A DNA stretch of 47,480 nucleotides from an uncultured Christensenella sp. (GTDB lineage Bacteria > Bacillota > Clostridia > Christensenellales > UBA1242): NCBI GenBank assembly GCA_964554475.1, contig CAZKOT010000005.1, positions 1-47,480 of the forward strand. The letters run 5' to 3'. Below are positions 29,266 through 38,556 of this stretch, in pieces (positions within the stretch are counted from its first letter, which is position 1; the number at the start of each line of letters is the position of its first letter). The position numbers and the translations under genes were made by a program. The notes beneath the pieces were generated by a model. The model was not told where the DNA came from, searched no databases, and worked only from the letters and a program-made list of their open reading frames with translations.

Positions 29266-29571
29266 ATGGAAGGAGAAATCACTGATAAAAAAAGAAAAAG
29301 TTTAGAAAAAGCTCTTTTAAAAAAAGCATTAGGTTACAGTTTTGATGAAATTATTGAAGAGTACACATTAAACAAAAACGGAGAATTAAAACTTGCAAAA
29401 AGAAAAGTAACTAAAACATTTGTTCCTCCCGATATTCCTGCTGCAAAAGTTTTGCTTGAAAGTGGTGTGACAGAAAATCAATTTTCGAATATGACAAAAG
29501 AAGAACTTTTGGCAGAAAAACAAAGACTTTTAAAAGAATTAGCAGAAAGTCAAAAAAAAAATAAAAAATAA
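29266..29571 (+). CDS. small basic protein, possibly a phage terminase small-subunit-like DNA-binding protein
   Basis: 101 aa. ALGYSFDE...KRKVTKTFVPPDIPAAKVLLE resembles the conserved stretch of Firmicute phage TerS proteins. Sits at the head of the capsid module. Weak, from memory only. Confidence 0.35.
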   Translation: MEGEITDKKRKSLEKALLKKALGYSFDEIIEEYTLNKNGELKLAKRKVTKTFVPPDIPAAKVLLESGVTENQFSNMTKEELLAEKQRLLKELAESQKKNKK

Positions 29572-29580
29572 AAGTTTTTA

Positions 29581-29735
29581 GTAAACACCCCGTCAAGTCT
29601 TCGCTCTGTGACCGATTTACTTCGTAAATTCTGCAATTTGCTCAAATGCTCGGGCGTTGCCACCAGTAATTCCTGCAATTTGCTTGACACAAATTGACGC
29701 ACGGGCGGGGAATTATGTAGCGCAAACGCAAAAAA
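29581..29735 (+). repeat. GC-rich hairpin element, copy C (internally part-duplicated)
   Basis: Collinear with 32191..32298: caccccg..., gatttacttcgtaaatt hairpin, ctgcaatttgc present twice, gc(a)cgggcgggg. The overlapping minus-strand track ORF 29550..29798 is judged spurious. Confidence 0.65.
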
Positions 29736-29772
29736 ATCGTAATTAAAAAAAAGAAATAAAAAGGAGAATGAA

Positions 29773-29979
29773 ATGGAAATTGAAAAAGCACTAATCAAAG
29801 TTAAGTGTGATTTTTATGGTTGTAAAAATATGGCTGATTTTTCATTTAAAACAAGAAAAGTTTTTCAAAAAGAATTACATTTTTGTCGAAGTTGTTTAAA
29901 CGACCTTTACAGTGCAATAGGAAAAAATATTGTTCCAAAAGCAGCTGAAACACCATTTAAGAAAAAATCAAAAAATTAA
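29773..29979 (+). CDS. small zinc-ribbon protein (CxxxxC...CxxC), unknown function
   Basis: 68 aa. AAAGGAGA RBS. Cys pairs at CDFYGC and CRSC. Confidence 0.5.
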   Translation: MEIEKALIKVKCDFYGCKNMADFSFKTRKVFQKELHFCRSCLNDLYSAIGKNIVPKAAETPFKKKSKN

Positions 29980-30172
29980 TTTGTAAATAATAATTAACGG
30001 TAGATGAAGGAAAAAAGTAATTTAATAAAATAAAAACATTTGCTTTGCGAGCAAGCAATGATGAAATAAGTACAAGTAACATAACTAAAGAAATTTTTTC
30101 TTTATTTTTTCTTTATTTGTACTTTGAACTAATGCCTAACATAAAGCAAATTTTATTTCTAAGGAGATTTTA

Positions 30173-32077
30173 ATGAAAGAAAAGAATATGCAAAAATCTA
30201 ATCAACACATATTTAATCAAATTGACGGTGGTAATTTTGAGCAAAAAATTGCAAAAGAAGTTACAGAAGATTTTAAAAAACGTCAAATGCAAAAAAAAAG
30301 CTTTGAAACACAATGGCAATTAAACATGAATTTTTTGATGGGTAATCAATACTGCTCTGTGGGTTATAACGGAGAAGTAGAAGAATTTGAAAAGCAATAT
30401 TTTTGGCAAGAGCGTGAAGTTTACAATCACATTGCTCCATTAATTGAAATTAGGCTTGCAAAACTTCAAAAAGTTAGGCCGAGTATGGCAGTTGTCCCTG
30501 CAACAGGTGATGAGAAGGATATCAAAACAGCAAAAATTTCAAAAAAAATTATTAATAGTATTTACAACAACAAAGACATCAGTGAAATGATTAATCAAGC
30601 GACTCGTTGGAGTGAAATTTGTGGAACTAGTTTTTACAAGGTAACATGGAATTCTCAAGGTGGAGATAAAATTAAAAATGTTAGCAGTGGAGAGGTTGAT
30701 ATTTCTGTTATTTCTCCATTTGAAATTTTTCCTGAAAACTCAAATTGTGAACGACTTGAAGATAATCGAAGCATAATCCATGCAAGAGGTTATCATGTTG
30801 ACTTAATAAAAAATATTTGGGGAGTTGATGTGGAAGGTGAGGAAATTGATGTTTTTTCACTTGACCAAATAAACAAAACTATAGGGGGACTAGAATACAA
30901 TGGTTTTACAACAAAATTAATTAAAACAACTAGAGAAAATTATGCAATTGTTATTGAAAAATACGAACTTCCGACAGAAGAATTTCCTAACGGTAGACTT
31001 TTAATTGTTTGTGGAGGAAAACTTTTACATGTAAATGAATTACCCTATATTAACAAGACAAATGGCGAACGCGGATATCCTTTTATTAGACAAACTTGTA
31101 TTCAAAATATTGGCTGTTTTTGGGGAAGTAGTGTAATTGAAAGAATTATTCCTATTCAACGTTCTTACAATACAATTAAAAACAGAAAACATGAATTTCT
31201 TAACAGACTTTCAATGGGAGTTTTAACTGTTGAAGATGGTTCGGTTGACATTGGAAATTTGGAAGAAGAAGGACTTAGTCCAGGAAAAATTTTAGTTTAT
31301 CGCCAGGGTTCTTCTCCGCCACGATATATGTCAAATACTTCAATTCCAATTGATTTTGCTGCCGAAGAGGAAAAACTTTTAAATGAAATTATGCTAGTCA
31401 GTGGAACTTCAGATTTGTTTAGAGACCGTTCAGCCTATACTTCAAATTTAAGTGGTGTAGCGCTTCAATTATTAATTGAACAAGATGATTCTAGATTGTC
31501 AACTTCAGCGGAGCGAATAAGGGAATGCATTAAATCGTTAGCACAACATATTTTAAGACTTTACAAACAATTTGCATTAATTCCACGTCTCACAAAAATT
31601 GTGGGAGATAATGGTGAAATTGAAGTATTTTACTTTTCAAAAGGTGATATTACAAGTGATGATATTATTTTTGAAACCCAAAATGATTTAGGTGAAACTC
31701 TTGCACAAAGACGAAGCATGGTTTTTGAACTATTAAATGCGGGATTACTTTATGATGAAAACGGTAAACTTTCAAATAGGATGAGAGTTAAAGCACTTGA
31801 CCTTTTAGGTTTTGGAATTTGGGAAAATGCTCAAGACATAAACGAACTTCATTTAAAAAAGGCATCGGGCGAAAATCTTGAACTTTTGGAAGAAAAAAAA
31901 ATTGAAGTTTTGGAAATTGACGATCATGATATTCACATTGGAGAACATATTACTTTTATGTTAGGAAGTGAATATAAAAAACGGGAAGAAACAAATTTGA
32001 AGGAAAAAATTTTGGAGCATATTAGAATGCATAAGAAATTGAAAAAGTTACAGGGGGAAATTGAAATCAAAACTTAA
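30173..32077 (+). CDS. phage portal protein
   Basis: 634 aa. WQLNMNFLMGNQY N-terminal portal motif. Its size and its position before the scaffold and capsid genes fit. AAGGAGA RBS. Confidence 0.75.
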   Translation: MKEKNMQKSNQHIFNQIDGGNFEQKIAKEVTEDFKKRQMQKKSFETQWQLNMNFLMGNQYCSVGYNGEVEEFEKQYFWQEREVYNHIAPLIEIRLAKLQKVRPSMAVVPATGDEKDIKTAKISKKIINSIYNNKDISEMINQATRWSEICGTSFYKVTWNSQGGDKIKNVSSGEVDISVISPFEIFPENSNCERLEDNRSIIHARGYHVDLIKNIWGVDVEGEEIDVFSLDQINKTIGGLEYNGFTTKLIKTTRENYAIVIEKYELPTEEFPNGRLLIVCGGKLLHVNELPYINKTNGERGYPFIRQTCIQNIGCFWGSSVIERIIPIQRSYNTIKNRKHEFLNRLSMGVLTVEDGSVDIGNLEEEGLSPGKILVYRQGSSPPRYMSNTSIPIDFAAEEEKLLNEIMLVSGTSDLFRDRSAYTSNLSGVALQLLIEQDDSRLSTSAERIRECIKSLAQHILRLYKQFALIPRLTKIVGDNGEIEVFYFSKGDITSDDIIFETQNDLGETLAQRRSMVFELLNAGLLYDENGKLSNRMRVKALDLLGFGIWENAQDINELHLKKASGENLELLEEKKIEVLEIDDHDIHIGEHITFMLGSEYKKREETNLKEKILEHIRMHKKLKKLQGEIEIKT

Positions 32078-32099
32078 CATAAAAAAAAACACAAAAAAT

Positions 32100-32365
32100 T
32101 ACAAATAACAAAATATAAAATACAAATAAGGAATAATTAATATTTAATTAATTTATAAATCCTTATTTGTATTTTGTAATTAAAAATGAATACACACCCC
32201 GCCACTCCCTCGCTTATTGACGGATTTACTAGTGTAAATCCTGCAATTTGCCAAAGGAAATTGACGCTCGGGCGGGCAAAACCCCTCTCAAGAGGGAATT
32301 ATTAAAGGACTTATAGTTTAAAAAACCTTATTTGTATTTTGTATTTTGTTTTGTAATTTGTATAG
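32100..32365 (+). repeat. composite repeat unit, copy B: AT-rich arms plus a 108-nt GC-rich hairpin core (32191..32298)
   Basis: aaaatacaaataagga (32117-32132) pairs with tccttatttgtatttt (32160-32175). ccttatttgtattttgt recurs at 32326-32342. The core contains three hairpins (ggattta/taaatcc, caattt/aaattg, ccctct/agaggg). Confidence 0.75.
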
Positions 32366-32379
32366 AAATTGGAGGATAA

Positions 32380-33039
32380 ATGGAAAAAAATATAACAAGT
32401 CCCAGGGAACAACCCATCAGTTTGCCTGCAACATCCACAGAGGTGGAAAATGTAAAAGAAAGCGTTGAAGAAAATGTGCAGCAGCAACAATGTGGCTCCC
32501 TTGGAAAATTTAAAGACGCCGAAAGTTTACTCAATGCCTATAACAATTTGCAGGCAGAGTTTACAAAAAAGTGTCAATCACTTAGTGAAATAAAATCAAA
32601 AATTGAGAACACGCAAGAAAAAAAAGAAAGCGTGCCAATTTATGAAAAAGAAAACTGGGTGGAAAAGGTAACTTCGTTTTTATGTGAAAACAAAGATGCC
32701 AAACCTTTTGCCAAAGAAATAGCACAAAACATTATTGCAGATGAAGAACTTGCTTCAAAAGAAAATGCTTTGGAACTTGCTTGGGCAAAAGTTGCATCGT
32801 CAAAATATGTTGCTCCCGAACGAGCGGTTGAAGACGATGCGTTTGTTAATAATTACATTTTAAAAAGTGAAAAAATTAAAAGTGCGGTTTTGGATATGAT
32901 GTTAAAAGAAATGGCAAAAAACAATCCGCCAAAAGTTATTGCTTCGGAGCAAAAAGGAAGTTCGGCACCGTTTTCTAAACAAAAACAAGCAACTTCACTT
33001 TCTGAGGCGAAAGAAATGGTTAAACAGATGTTTAATTAG
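32380..33039 (+). CDS. phage scaffolding protein
   Basis: 219 aa, acidic, helical. GKFKDAESLLNAYNNLQAEFTKK motif is typical of Firmicute phage scaffolds. Lies between the portal and capsid genes. Confidence 0.6.
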   Translation: MEKNITSPREQPISLPATSTEVENVKESVEENVQQQQCGSLGKFKDAESLLNAYNNLQAEFTKKCQSLSEIKSKIENTQEKKESVPIYEKENWVEKVTSFLCENKDAKPFAKEIAQNIIADEELASKENALELAWAKVASSKYVAPERAVEDDAFVNNYILKSEKIKSAVLDMMLKEMAKNNPPKVIASEQKGSSAPFSKQKQATSLSEAKEMVKQMFN

Positions 33040-33186
33040 AATGCAAAGTGAGTAAAAGTTCAAATTACATATACAAGATACAAAATACAAATAAGAAAAT
33101 TTATCCCATTTGAATTATGTAATTTATATTTTGTGATTTTGAAATTATTAATTAAAAAATTTATAAAAAATTTAAGGAGGAAGTAA

Positions 33187-34401
33187 ATGGTTACACTAAC
33201 AAGTGCCGACAACGCCTTAAAATCGGTTTATTTGGGCGTTGTTGCAAATCAATTAAATATTAATGCAAACCCTTTGCTTGCAAAAATAAAACAGTCAACT
33301 CAAGATGTTTGGGGCAAAGAAATAATAAAACTTGCACCTTACGGTATTAATGGGGGAATCGGGGCAGGAGATGAAACCGATCCACTCCCAACCGCTGCTG
33401 CAAATAATTATGTTCAATTCAAATCCACCTTAAAAAATCTTTACGGAAAAATAGAACTTTCAGATAAGGCAATCAGGGCATCAGCAAACAATGCTGGTGC
33501 TTTCGTAAATCTTTTAAATGATGAAATGGAAGGATTGATTAAAGCAAGTAGTTTCAATTTCGGAAGAATGCTTTACGGAGATGGAAGCGGACTTTTAGCA
33601 ACGGTTACAGCTTACACAGCGGCAACAAAAGCAATAACGGTTGACAGTGTTCGCAATTTGATTGAAGGTATGGTTGTTGATTTTTTTGATGGTTCAACAA
33701 AAGTAACAGATGCAAGTGGCTACAGAATTACCTATGTTGACAGAACAAACAAGCAATTATTTTTAAATCTTCCATCAAACTTTAGTGCCGAAACAATTGT
33801 TGCGACTCAAACAATTTTTATTCAAAACTCAAAAGGATATGAAATTACTGGTTTAGGAGCAATTTTTGACACTACAGCAACAACTCTTTATGGTCTTACA
33901 AAAACAGATTATCCTTGGTTAAAACCATATGTTAGTACTGAAGAAACGGAAATCTCTGACGGTTTAATCCAAGGGGCAATCGACTTTTTGGAAGAAGCAA
34001 GTGGAAGTCAAGTAAACTTTATTGCTTGTGCAAGTGGTGTTCGCAGAGTTTATCAAGAGTATTTAGGCGCATACAGAAGAAATATTGATGTTATGGAACT
34101 TGCCGGCGGCTATAAGGCAATAACCTATAACGGCATACCAGTTGTCGCCGACAGGTTTGTTCCCGAAGGAAGTATGTTTTTGTTAAATACAAATGATTTC
34201 ACCCTTCATCAACTTTGTGATTGGAAATGGCTTGAGGGTGAGGACGGCAGAGTAATAAAGCAAAATGTAGGATATCCGACCTATAGTGCAACGCTTGTTA
34301 AATATGCAGATTTAATTTGCGACAAACCTTGCGGACAAGCAGTAATAAAAAATATTTTGTCAACTGTTACAAATCCATTTCAGGTTATAGTTCAAAGTTA
34401 A
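33187..34401 (+). CDS. phage major capsid protein
   Basis: 404 aa. Strong AAGGAGGA RBS. Position after the scaffold gene. The size and glycine-rich motifs fit an HK97-fold coat protein with an insertion domain. Family not assignable by eye. Confidence 0.65.
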   Translation: MVTLTSADNALKSVYLGVVANQLNINANPLLAKIKQSTQDVWGKEIIKLAPYGINGGIGAGDETDPLPTAAANNYVQFKSTLKNLYGKIELSDKAIRASANNAGAFVNLLNDEMEGLIKASSFNFGRMLYGDGSGLLATVTAYTAATKAITVDSVRNLIEGMVVDFFDGSTKVTDASGYRITYVDRTNKQLFLNLPSNFSAETIVATQTIFIQNSKGYEITGLGAIFDTTATTLYGLTKTDYPWLKPYVSTEETEISDGLIQGAIDFLEEASGSQVNFIACASGVRRVYQEYLGAYRRNIDVMELAGGYKAITYNGIPVVADRFVPEGSMFLLNTNDFTLHQLCDWKWLEGEDGRVIKQNVGYPTYSATLVKYADLICDKPCGQAVIKNILSTVTNPFQVIVQS

Positions 34402-34450
34402 TACTTTTTCGCTTAACAGTTTAACAGTATAAAACAAAAATATTAAAACT

Positions 34451-34525
34451 TACTTCGTTTTTGACTAAATTCGCTACTTGTCCTTGCAAATTGCGAACGC
34501 AAAATTATGTTAGGGCAAGTTGAGA
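34451..34525 (+). repeat. degenerate copy D of the GC-rich hairpin element
   Basis: Retains ttacttcgt (hairpin-1 loop of copies A and C) and gcaaattgcgaacgcaaaatt (hairpin-2 equivalent), inside the outer pairing acttgtcc/gggcaagt. Confidence 0.4.
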
Positions 34526-34640
34526 AATGAGAATATTTTAAATCTTTTGTGAGTAGAGCTGAATTATTAGTGATTAAAAAAAATAATTATTTACTAATAT
34601 TCGGCTCTTTACTCATTTATTAAATTTTTAGGAAATTGAA

Positions 34641-34916
34641 ATGAAAATTAAAATTGATAGTGATGTTTTTGAAATAACGAAACGTTTAAAAGCAATTGAC
34701 AATTCGTATTTCGTTTTATTTAACACACTTAAAAATTGCTATGAACTTCACAGTGAAAATCAACCTCACACAAGTTTTTGCTTAACTTTAGCTTTTAATT
34801 GTCTAGATGAACGAACAATCAACTTAACATTAAAAACTAGAAGTGAAAATAGAAAAATATTGTTTGAAGAAATTGAAAAAAATAATCAAAAAATAATGAA
34901 AAATGAACATGTTTGA
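34641..34916 (+). CDS. hypothetical phage-module protein
   Basis: 91-aa ORF, weak RBS, no recognisable family. Confidence 0.4.
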   Translation: MKIKIDSDVFEITKRLKAIDNSYFVLFNTLKNCYELHSENQPHTSFCLTLAFNCLDERTINLTLKTRSENRKILFEEIEKNNQKIMKNEHV

Positions 34917-34956
34917 AAAATCAATTACTAAATGCTTAAATAAAGTTATTACATCA

Positions 34957-34991
34957 ATACAAAATGCCTTATACATTTTGTATGGTTTTTA
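34957..34991 (+). terminator. hairpin plus T-run inside the phage module
   Basis: atacaaaatg (34957-34966) / cattttgtat (34974-34983), followed by ggttttta. Confidence 0.6.
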
Positions 34992-35039
34992 TTCCTAAAA
35001 TAAATTTTGAAAGATTGACTTTCAATTAAAAGGAGCAAT

Positions 35040-35609
35040 ATGCAAGTCAAAGAAATTTTGGAACTGGCATGTGTTTTTTTGGGAATGGACGAAGTTTTGG
35101 AAGATGAATACTTCACCGGAAATCCTGAAGGTGGCGATGATTCAACCGAAAAAGAAATTTCAAAACTATTAAAATGCTTAAATTTAATTGTTAATGAAAT
35201 TTCATCCGATTATCTTCCTCTTTTAACCGAGGAAGATGTTGTTTTTAATGATGAAAAATTATATTACACTGAACTCGACAAAACAATTTTGGAAGTTTTT
35301 TCTTTAAAAGATTTCAATGGTCGTGCCATTTCATTTAAAACTTTTCCAGAATATATTTCTGCAAATGTTCAAAATGCTTTACTTACCTACAGTTTTCAAC
35401 CTCAGGAACTCGAACAAGATGATGTCATAATTTATTATGGTGGAAAAATTCCCCCAAGAGTTTATGCCTATGGGGTTGCTATGGAGTATCTTTTTATTAG
35501 TAGTCAAAGTGACGAAGCGCATATTTGGGAAAAACGATACAAAGATTGCCTGTGTGAGATTGTTAGAAAAAAAAGTGAAACAAAACTTCCTTCACGGAGG
35601 TGGATTTAA
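35040..35609 (+). CDS. putative head-to-tail adaptor protein
   Basis: 189 aa. AAAGGAG RBS. Its stop overlaps the next start (TAATG). The assignment rests on position and size only (comparable to P22 gp4 / T7 gp11). Confidence 0.4.
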   Translation: MQVKEILELACVFLGMDEVLEDEYFTGNPEGGDDSTEKEISKLLKCLNLIVNEISSDYLPLLTEEDVVFNDEKLYYTELDKTILEVFSLKDFNGRAISFKTFPEYISANVQNALLTYSFQPQELEQDDVIIYYGGKIPPRVYAYGVAMEYLFISSQSDEAHIWEKRYKDCLCEIVRKKSETKLPSRRWI

Positions 35610-37123
35610 TGTTTAAACGAAAAGATTTACTTTTAAAAAAAATTAAAAAGTTTAAACTCACTTATTCTTCATTTGCAAATGGAATGAACACTGAAATTGA
35701 TGAAAATCTACTGCCCATTAAATATGCAAAAAAATTTTTTAATTTTTCAGTTAAAAGTGGTGCGTTAAAATCAGGTATGGGGTTTTCAGCATTATCTTTA
35801 CCAAAATATTATACAAGCGATGAAGAAAGATTAATCCCCGTTGTTAATCCCGATGAGGCAATTCTTTCAATTTGGCATTTTCCCTACTATCATGAAGACT
35901 CAAAAATAATTAGAAATAGTATTCTTTTTTACACTTCAACCGAACAGCTATTTTTTTTCCGTACGGTTTGGCAGTTTTCATCTTACTATACTTTGTTTAA
36001 TCCAACTCAGTATTTTAGCGGAAAAATGAATGCAATATATTACAAACTTAACGGGGTTGACAGTATGCTTATTTTTGTTCCCGAAGAGCAAAAGATTATT
36101 ATATTTCCCAAAACCGAAATTCCTCAAGTCATTACAGACACGCCTAATTTGGTTGATATTTGTCTTCACTATGAACGTCTTTTTGCAATTTTGGATGGTG
36201 ACCGAAAAACACTAATGTTTAGTGCTAATCTTGATCCTACAAATTGGGATGTTGAACTTTCAGAAGGTGGATTTATTGAACTTGCTGATGAGCGTGGAAG
36301 CATTAATAAAATTGTTTCTTTTAATGACTTTGTTTATGTTTTTCGTGATTATGGAGTTACAAAAATTTCAGCATATGGCGAACAAGAACAGTTTAGTGTT
36401 ACTCAACTTTTTAAATCATCGTCTAAAATTTATGGTAATTCTGTTGCTTGTTGTGGTGATAGAATTTTATTTCTTGCACGGGACGGTCTTCATGTTTTTG
36501 ATGGCTATTCAACATCAAAAATAATTCTTAACATAGAAAGCATGTTTGAAAATATTAACAACGAGAATTGTTTTGGAGTTTATTTTAACAGTAAGTATTA
36601 TTTGGCATGTAAACTTAATTTTAATGATGATGATCAAATAGGTTGTGAAAATTATAGTGGTGGTTATGTAAATAATGCTCTTATTGAATTTGATATAAAA
36701 ACGGGTGATTTTAACATCTTACGAGGAGTTGACATTCTTAATATGATTGCAATTGAAGAATTAAATATTTCAAAACTTGTTGCTTGTTTTAATGGAGAAT
36801 TTAAAAATCGTTTTGGACAACTTGACAAGAGTGGAAAAATTTTTGGAAATGTTTTGAGTAAGCAATGGCTCTCACCCCTTTCTAATTTCGGTTATCCAAA
36901 TCAAAAAAAAATTGTGCAAGAGGTTTTAATTAAATCAAAGTCTAATTGCAAGATTATTATTAAATCAAATTTAGAAGAAAAAACTTACACGATAAAAGGT
37001 AGTGAGGTTACACAACGCGTTAAAACTAATGTTCGTGGAGAATTAATTCAAATTAAGTTTATTTGTGATGAAGAAGGAGATGTTGAAATTTCAGCACCTC
37101 AAATTATTTTTGGTGTTGTTTAA
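35609..37123 (+). CDS. putative neck/tail-hub protein (position and size comparable to P22 gp10)
   Basis: ATG 35609 lies 8 nt after GGAGG and is coupled to the previous stop. About 505 aa. Repetitive beta-rich pattern (…VYVFRDYGVTKIS…ILFLARDGLHVFDG…). Confidence 0.4.
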   Translation: MFKRKDLLLKKIKKFKLTYSSFANGMNTEIDENLLPIKYAKKFFNFSVKSGALKSGMGFSALSLPKYYTSDEERLIPVVNPDEAILSIWHFPYYHEDSKIIRNSILFYTSTEQLFFFRTVWQFSSYYTLFNPTQYFSGKMNAIYYKLNGVDSMLIFVPEEQKIIIFPKTEIPQVITDTPNLVDICLHYERLFAILDGDRKTLMFSANLDPTNWDVELSEGGFIELADERGSINKIVSFNDFVYVFRDYGVTKISAYGEQEQFSVTQLFKSSSKIYGNSVACCGDRILFLARDGLHVFDGYSTSKIILNIESMFENINNENCFGVYFNSKYYLACKLNFNDDDQIGCENYSGGYVNNALIEFDIKTGDFNILRGVDILNMIAIEELNISKLVACFNGEFKNRFGQLDKSGKIFGNVLSKQWLSPLSNFGYPNQKKIVQEVLIKSKSNCKIIIKSNLEEKTYTIKGSEVTQRVKTNVRGELIQIKFICDEEGDVEISAPQIIFGVV

Positions 37124-37173
37124 GTCATAAAGATTAAATGTTGCTTAAAAGCAAAAATATAAGGGAGGAAAAA

Positions 37174-38118
37174 ATGTATCAATTTAATTTTTCGGATGAA
37201 GATAGCGAAGAAATTGTAAAAAAGGCAACAAAACTTGATGAGTTGTTTAAATCATTTGCAGATATTGACAAAAAATTTGACCTTTCAAGTAAAATTTCAG
37301 AAGAGGACTATAACAAAAAACTTGACTTAAAACGTCAAGAGTTTGAAAAAGCAAATGACGAAGAAGTGAAAAAAGAAGCAGAAAATAGTTTGCATGATTA
37401 CAAAACAACTTCAAAAAATCAAATAGAAAATGAGTATTTAGAAAAAGGAGAAGCAATAGACAAAACATTAACATCTCTTTCTGGAAGCAAAGAGGGGGCA
37501 AAAAGCGAAATCGAAAAAGCATATAAAACGGCAAAAGATAATGCTTCAAATGATGCAATAAAACGAGGACTAGCTCGCAGTTCAATTATTGTCAATAAAC
37601 TTGCTCAATATGATGAATCATATTTAAACGAGTTTACAAAAATTGAAAAAAATTATGCTGACACGGTTTCAAAACTTGATGCAGAAAAAAATTTGTTAGA
37701 AGTTCAAAGACAAAGCGCACTTGATAATTTTGATATTTCTTATGCAGTTAAACTTTCCGAAAAAATTGAGGGAATTAACGAAAAATTAGATGCAAAAGAA
37801 AAAGAAGTGATTGAATATAACAATAAAATACAGCAATTGGAAAAAGAATTTGAATTAGAGCAACAAGAGTTAAAAAGTAAAGATGAAAAAGAAAGTAAAA
37901 AAAGCAATTTAGATTTATTAAAATATATTTCACAATACGGCTCAACCACTCTTGACCGTTTTAAAGAGCAAGAAAAATACAGCCTTGCTTACAATTATTT
38001 AATGTCATTACCAAAGGGTCAGGCAATTTTTGAACTTGAAGAAAATTCTAATTTTAAAAATAATTTAAAAACATTATTTACAAAGTTGCAGAGCGAAATT
38101 AAGAATAGAAAAAATTAG
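37174..38118 (+). CDS. coiled-coil phage structural protein (plug/needle or internal protein candidate)
   Basis: ATG 37174 follows AAGGGAGGA (track ORF starts 37138). Lys/Glu-rich heptad-like sequence throughout. Confidence 0.4.
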   Translation: MYQFNFSDEDSEEIVKKATKLDELFKSFADIDKKFDLSSKISEEDYNKKLDLKRQEFEKANDEEVKKEAENSLHDYKTTSKNQIENEYLEKGEAIDKTLTSLSGSKEGAKSEIEKAYKTAKDNASNDAIKRGLARSSIIVNKLAQYDESYLNEFTKIEKNYADTVSKLDAEKNLLEVQRQSALDNFDISYAVKLSEKIEGINEKLDAKEKEVIEYNNKIQQLEKEFELEQQELKSKDEKESKKSNLDLLKYISQYGSTTLDRFKEQEKYSLAYNYLMSLPKGQAIFELEENSNFKNNLKTLFTKLQSEIKNRKN

Positions 38119-38250
38119 TGCTTGATGGCAAGGTTAGTAAAATTGAGGATAAAAGATTTTGCTTCTTTTGCTATTTCTTAAATTTTATTATTCATTATCT
38201 AAATATTAATTATTTAAGAAAACAGATGATTTTAGACAGGAGGTTAGTGT

Positions 38251-38556
38251 ATGATTTTTGAAGATATTTTAACCATGGCAATTAGCAATGGTATTTTTGC
38301 CGTGTTATTTGTTTTTCTTCTATTCTATCTTTTAAGAGATAGTGCAAATCGAGAAAAAAAATATCAGGAGACTGTTGAAAAACTTGCAAAACATCTTGAT
38401 ATTGTAGAAGATATGAAAGATGATGTTTCAAATATTAAAGAAGATGTTTTGGAAATTAAAAATATTGTGATTTTTAAAGGAAAAAAAGAGAAAAGTCAAA
38501 ATACAGAGAACAAATATAAAAGCTTTAATTTTAATAAAGATACGGAGGAAAAATGA
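38251..38556 (+). CDS. BhlA/UviB-family holin-like protein
   Basis: 101 aa. N-terminal TM (GIFAVLFVFLLFYLL) followed by RDSANREKKYQETVEKL, as in the BhlA/UviB family. Confidence 0.5.
   Translation: MIFEDILTMAISNGIFAVLFVFLLFYLLRDSANREKKYQETVEKLAKHLDIVEDMKDDVSNIKEDVLEIKNIVIFKGKKEKSQNTENKYKSFNFNKDTEEK

Noticed and set aside
29550-29798. An 82-aa minus-strand ORF spanning GC-rich element copy C.
   Set aside because: It is open only because the element is GC-rich. The translation is low complexity (FFF, SIS), it has no RBS, and it overlaps the start of the + strand zinc-ribbon gene.
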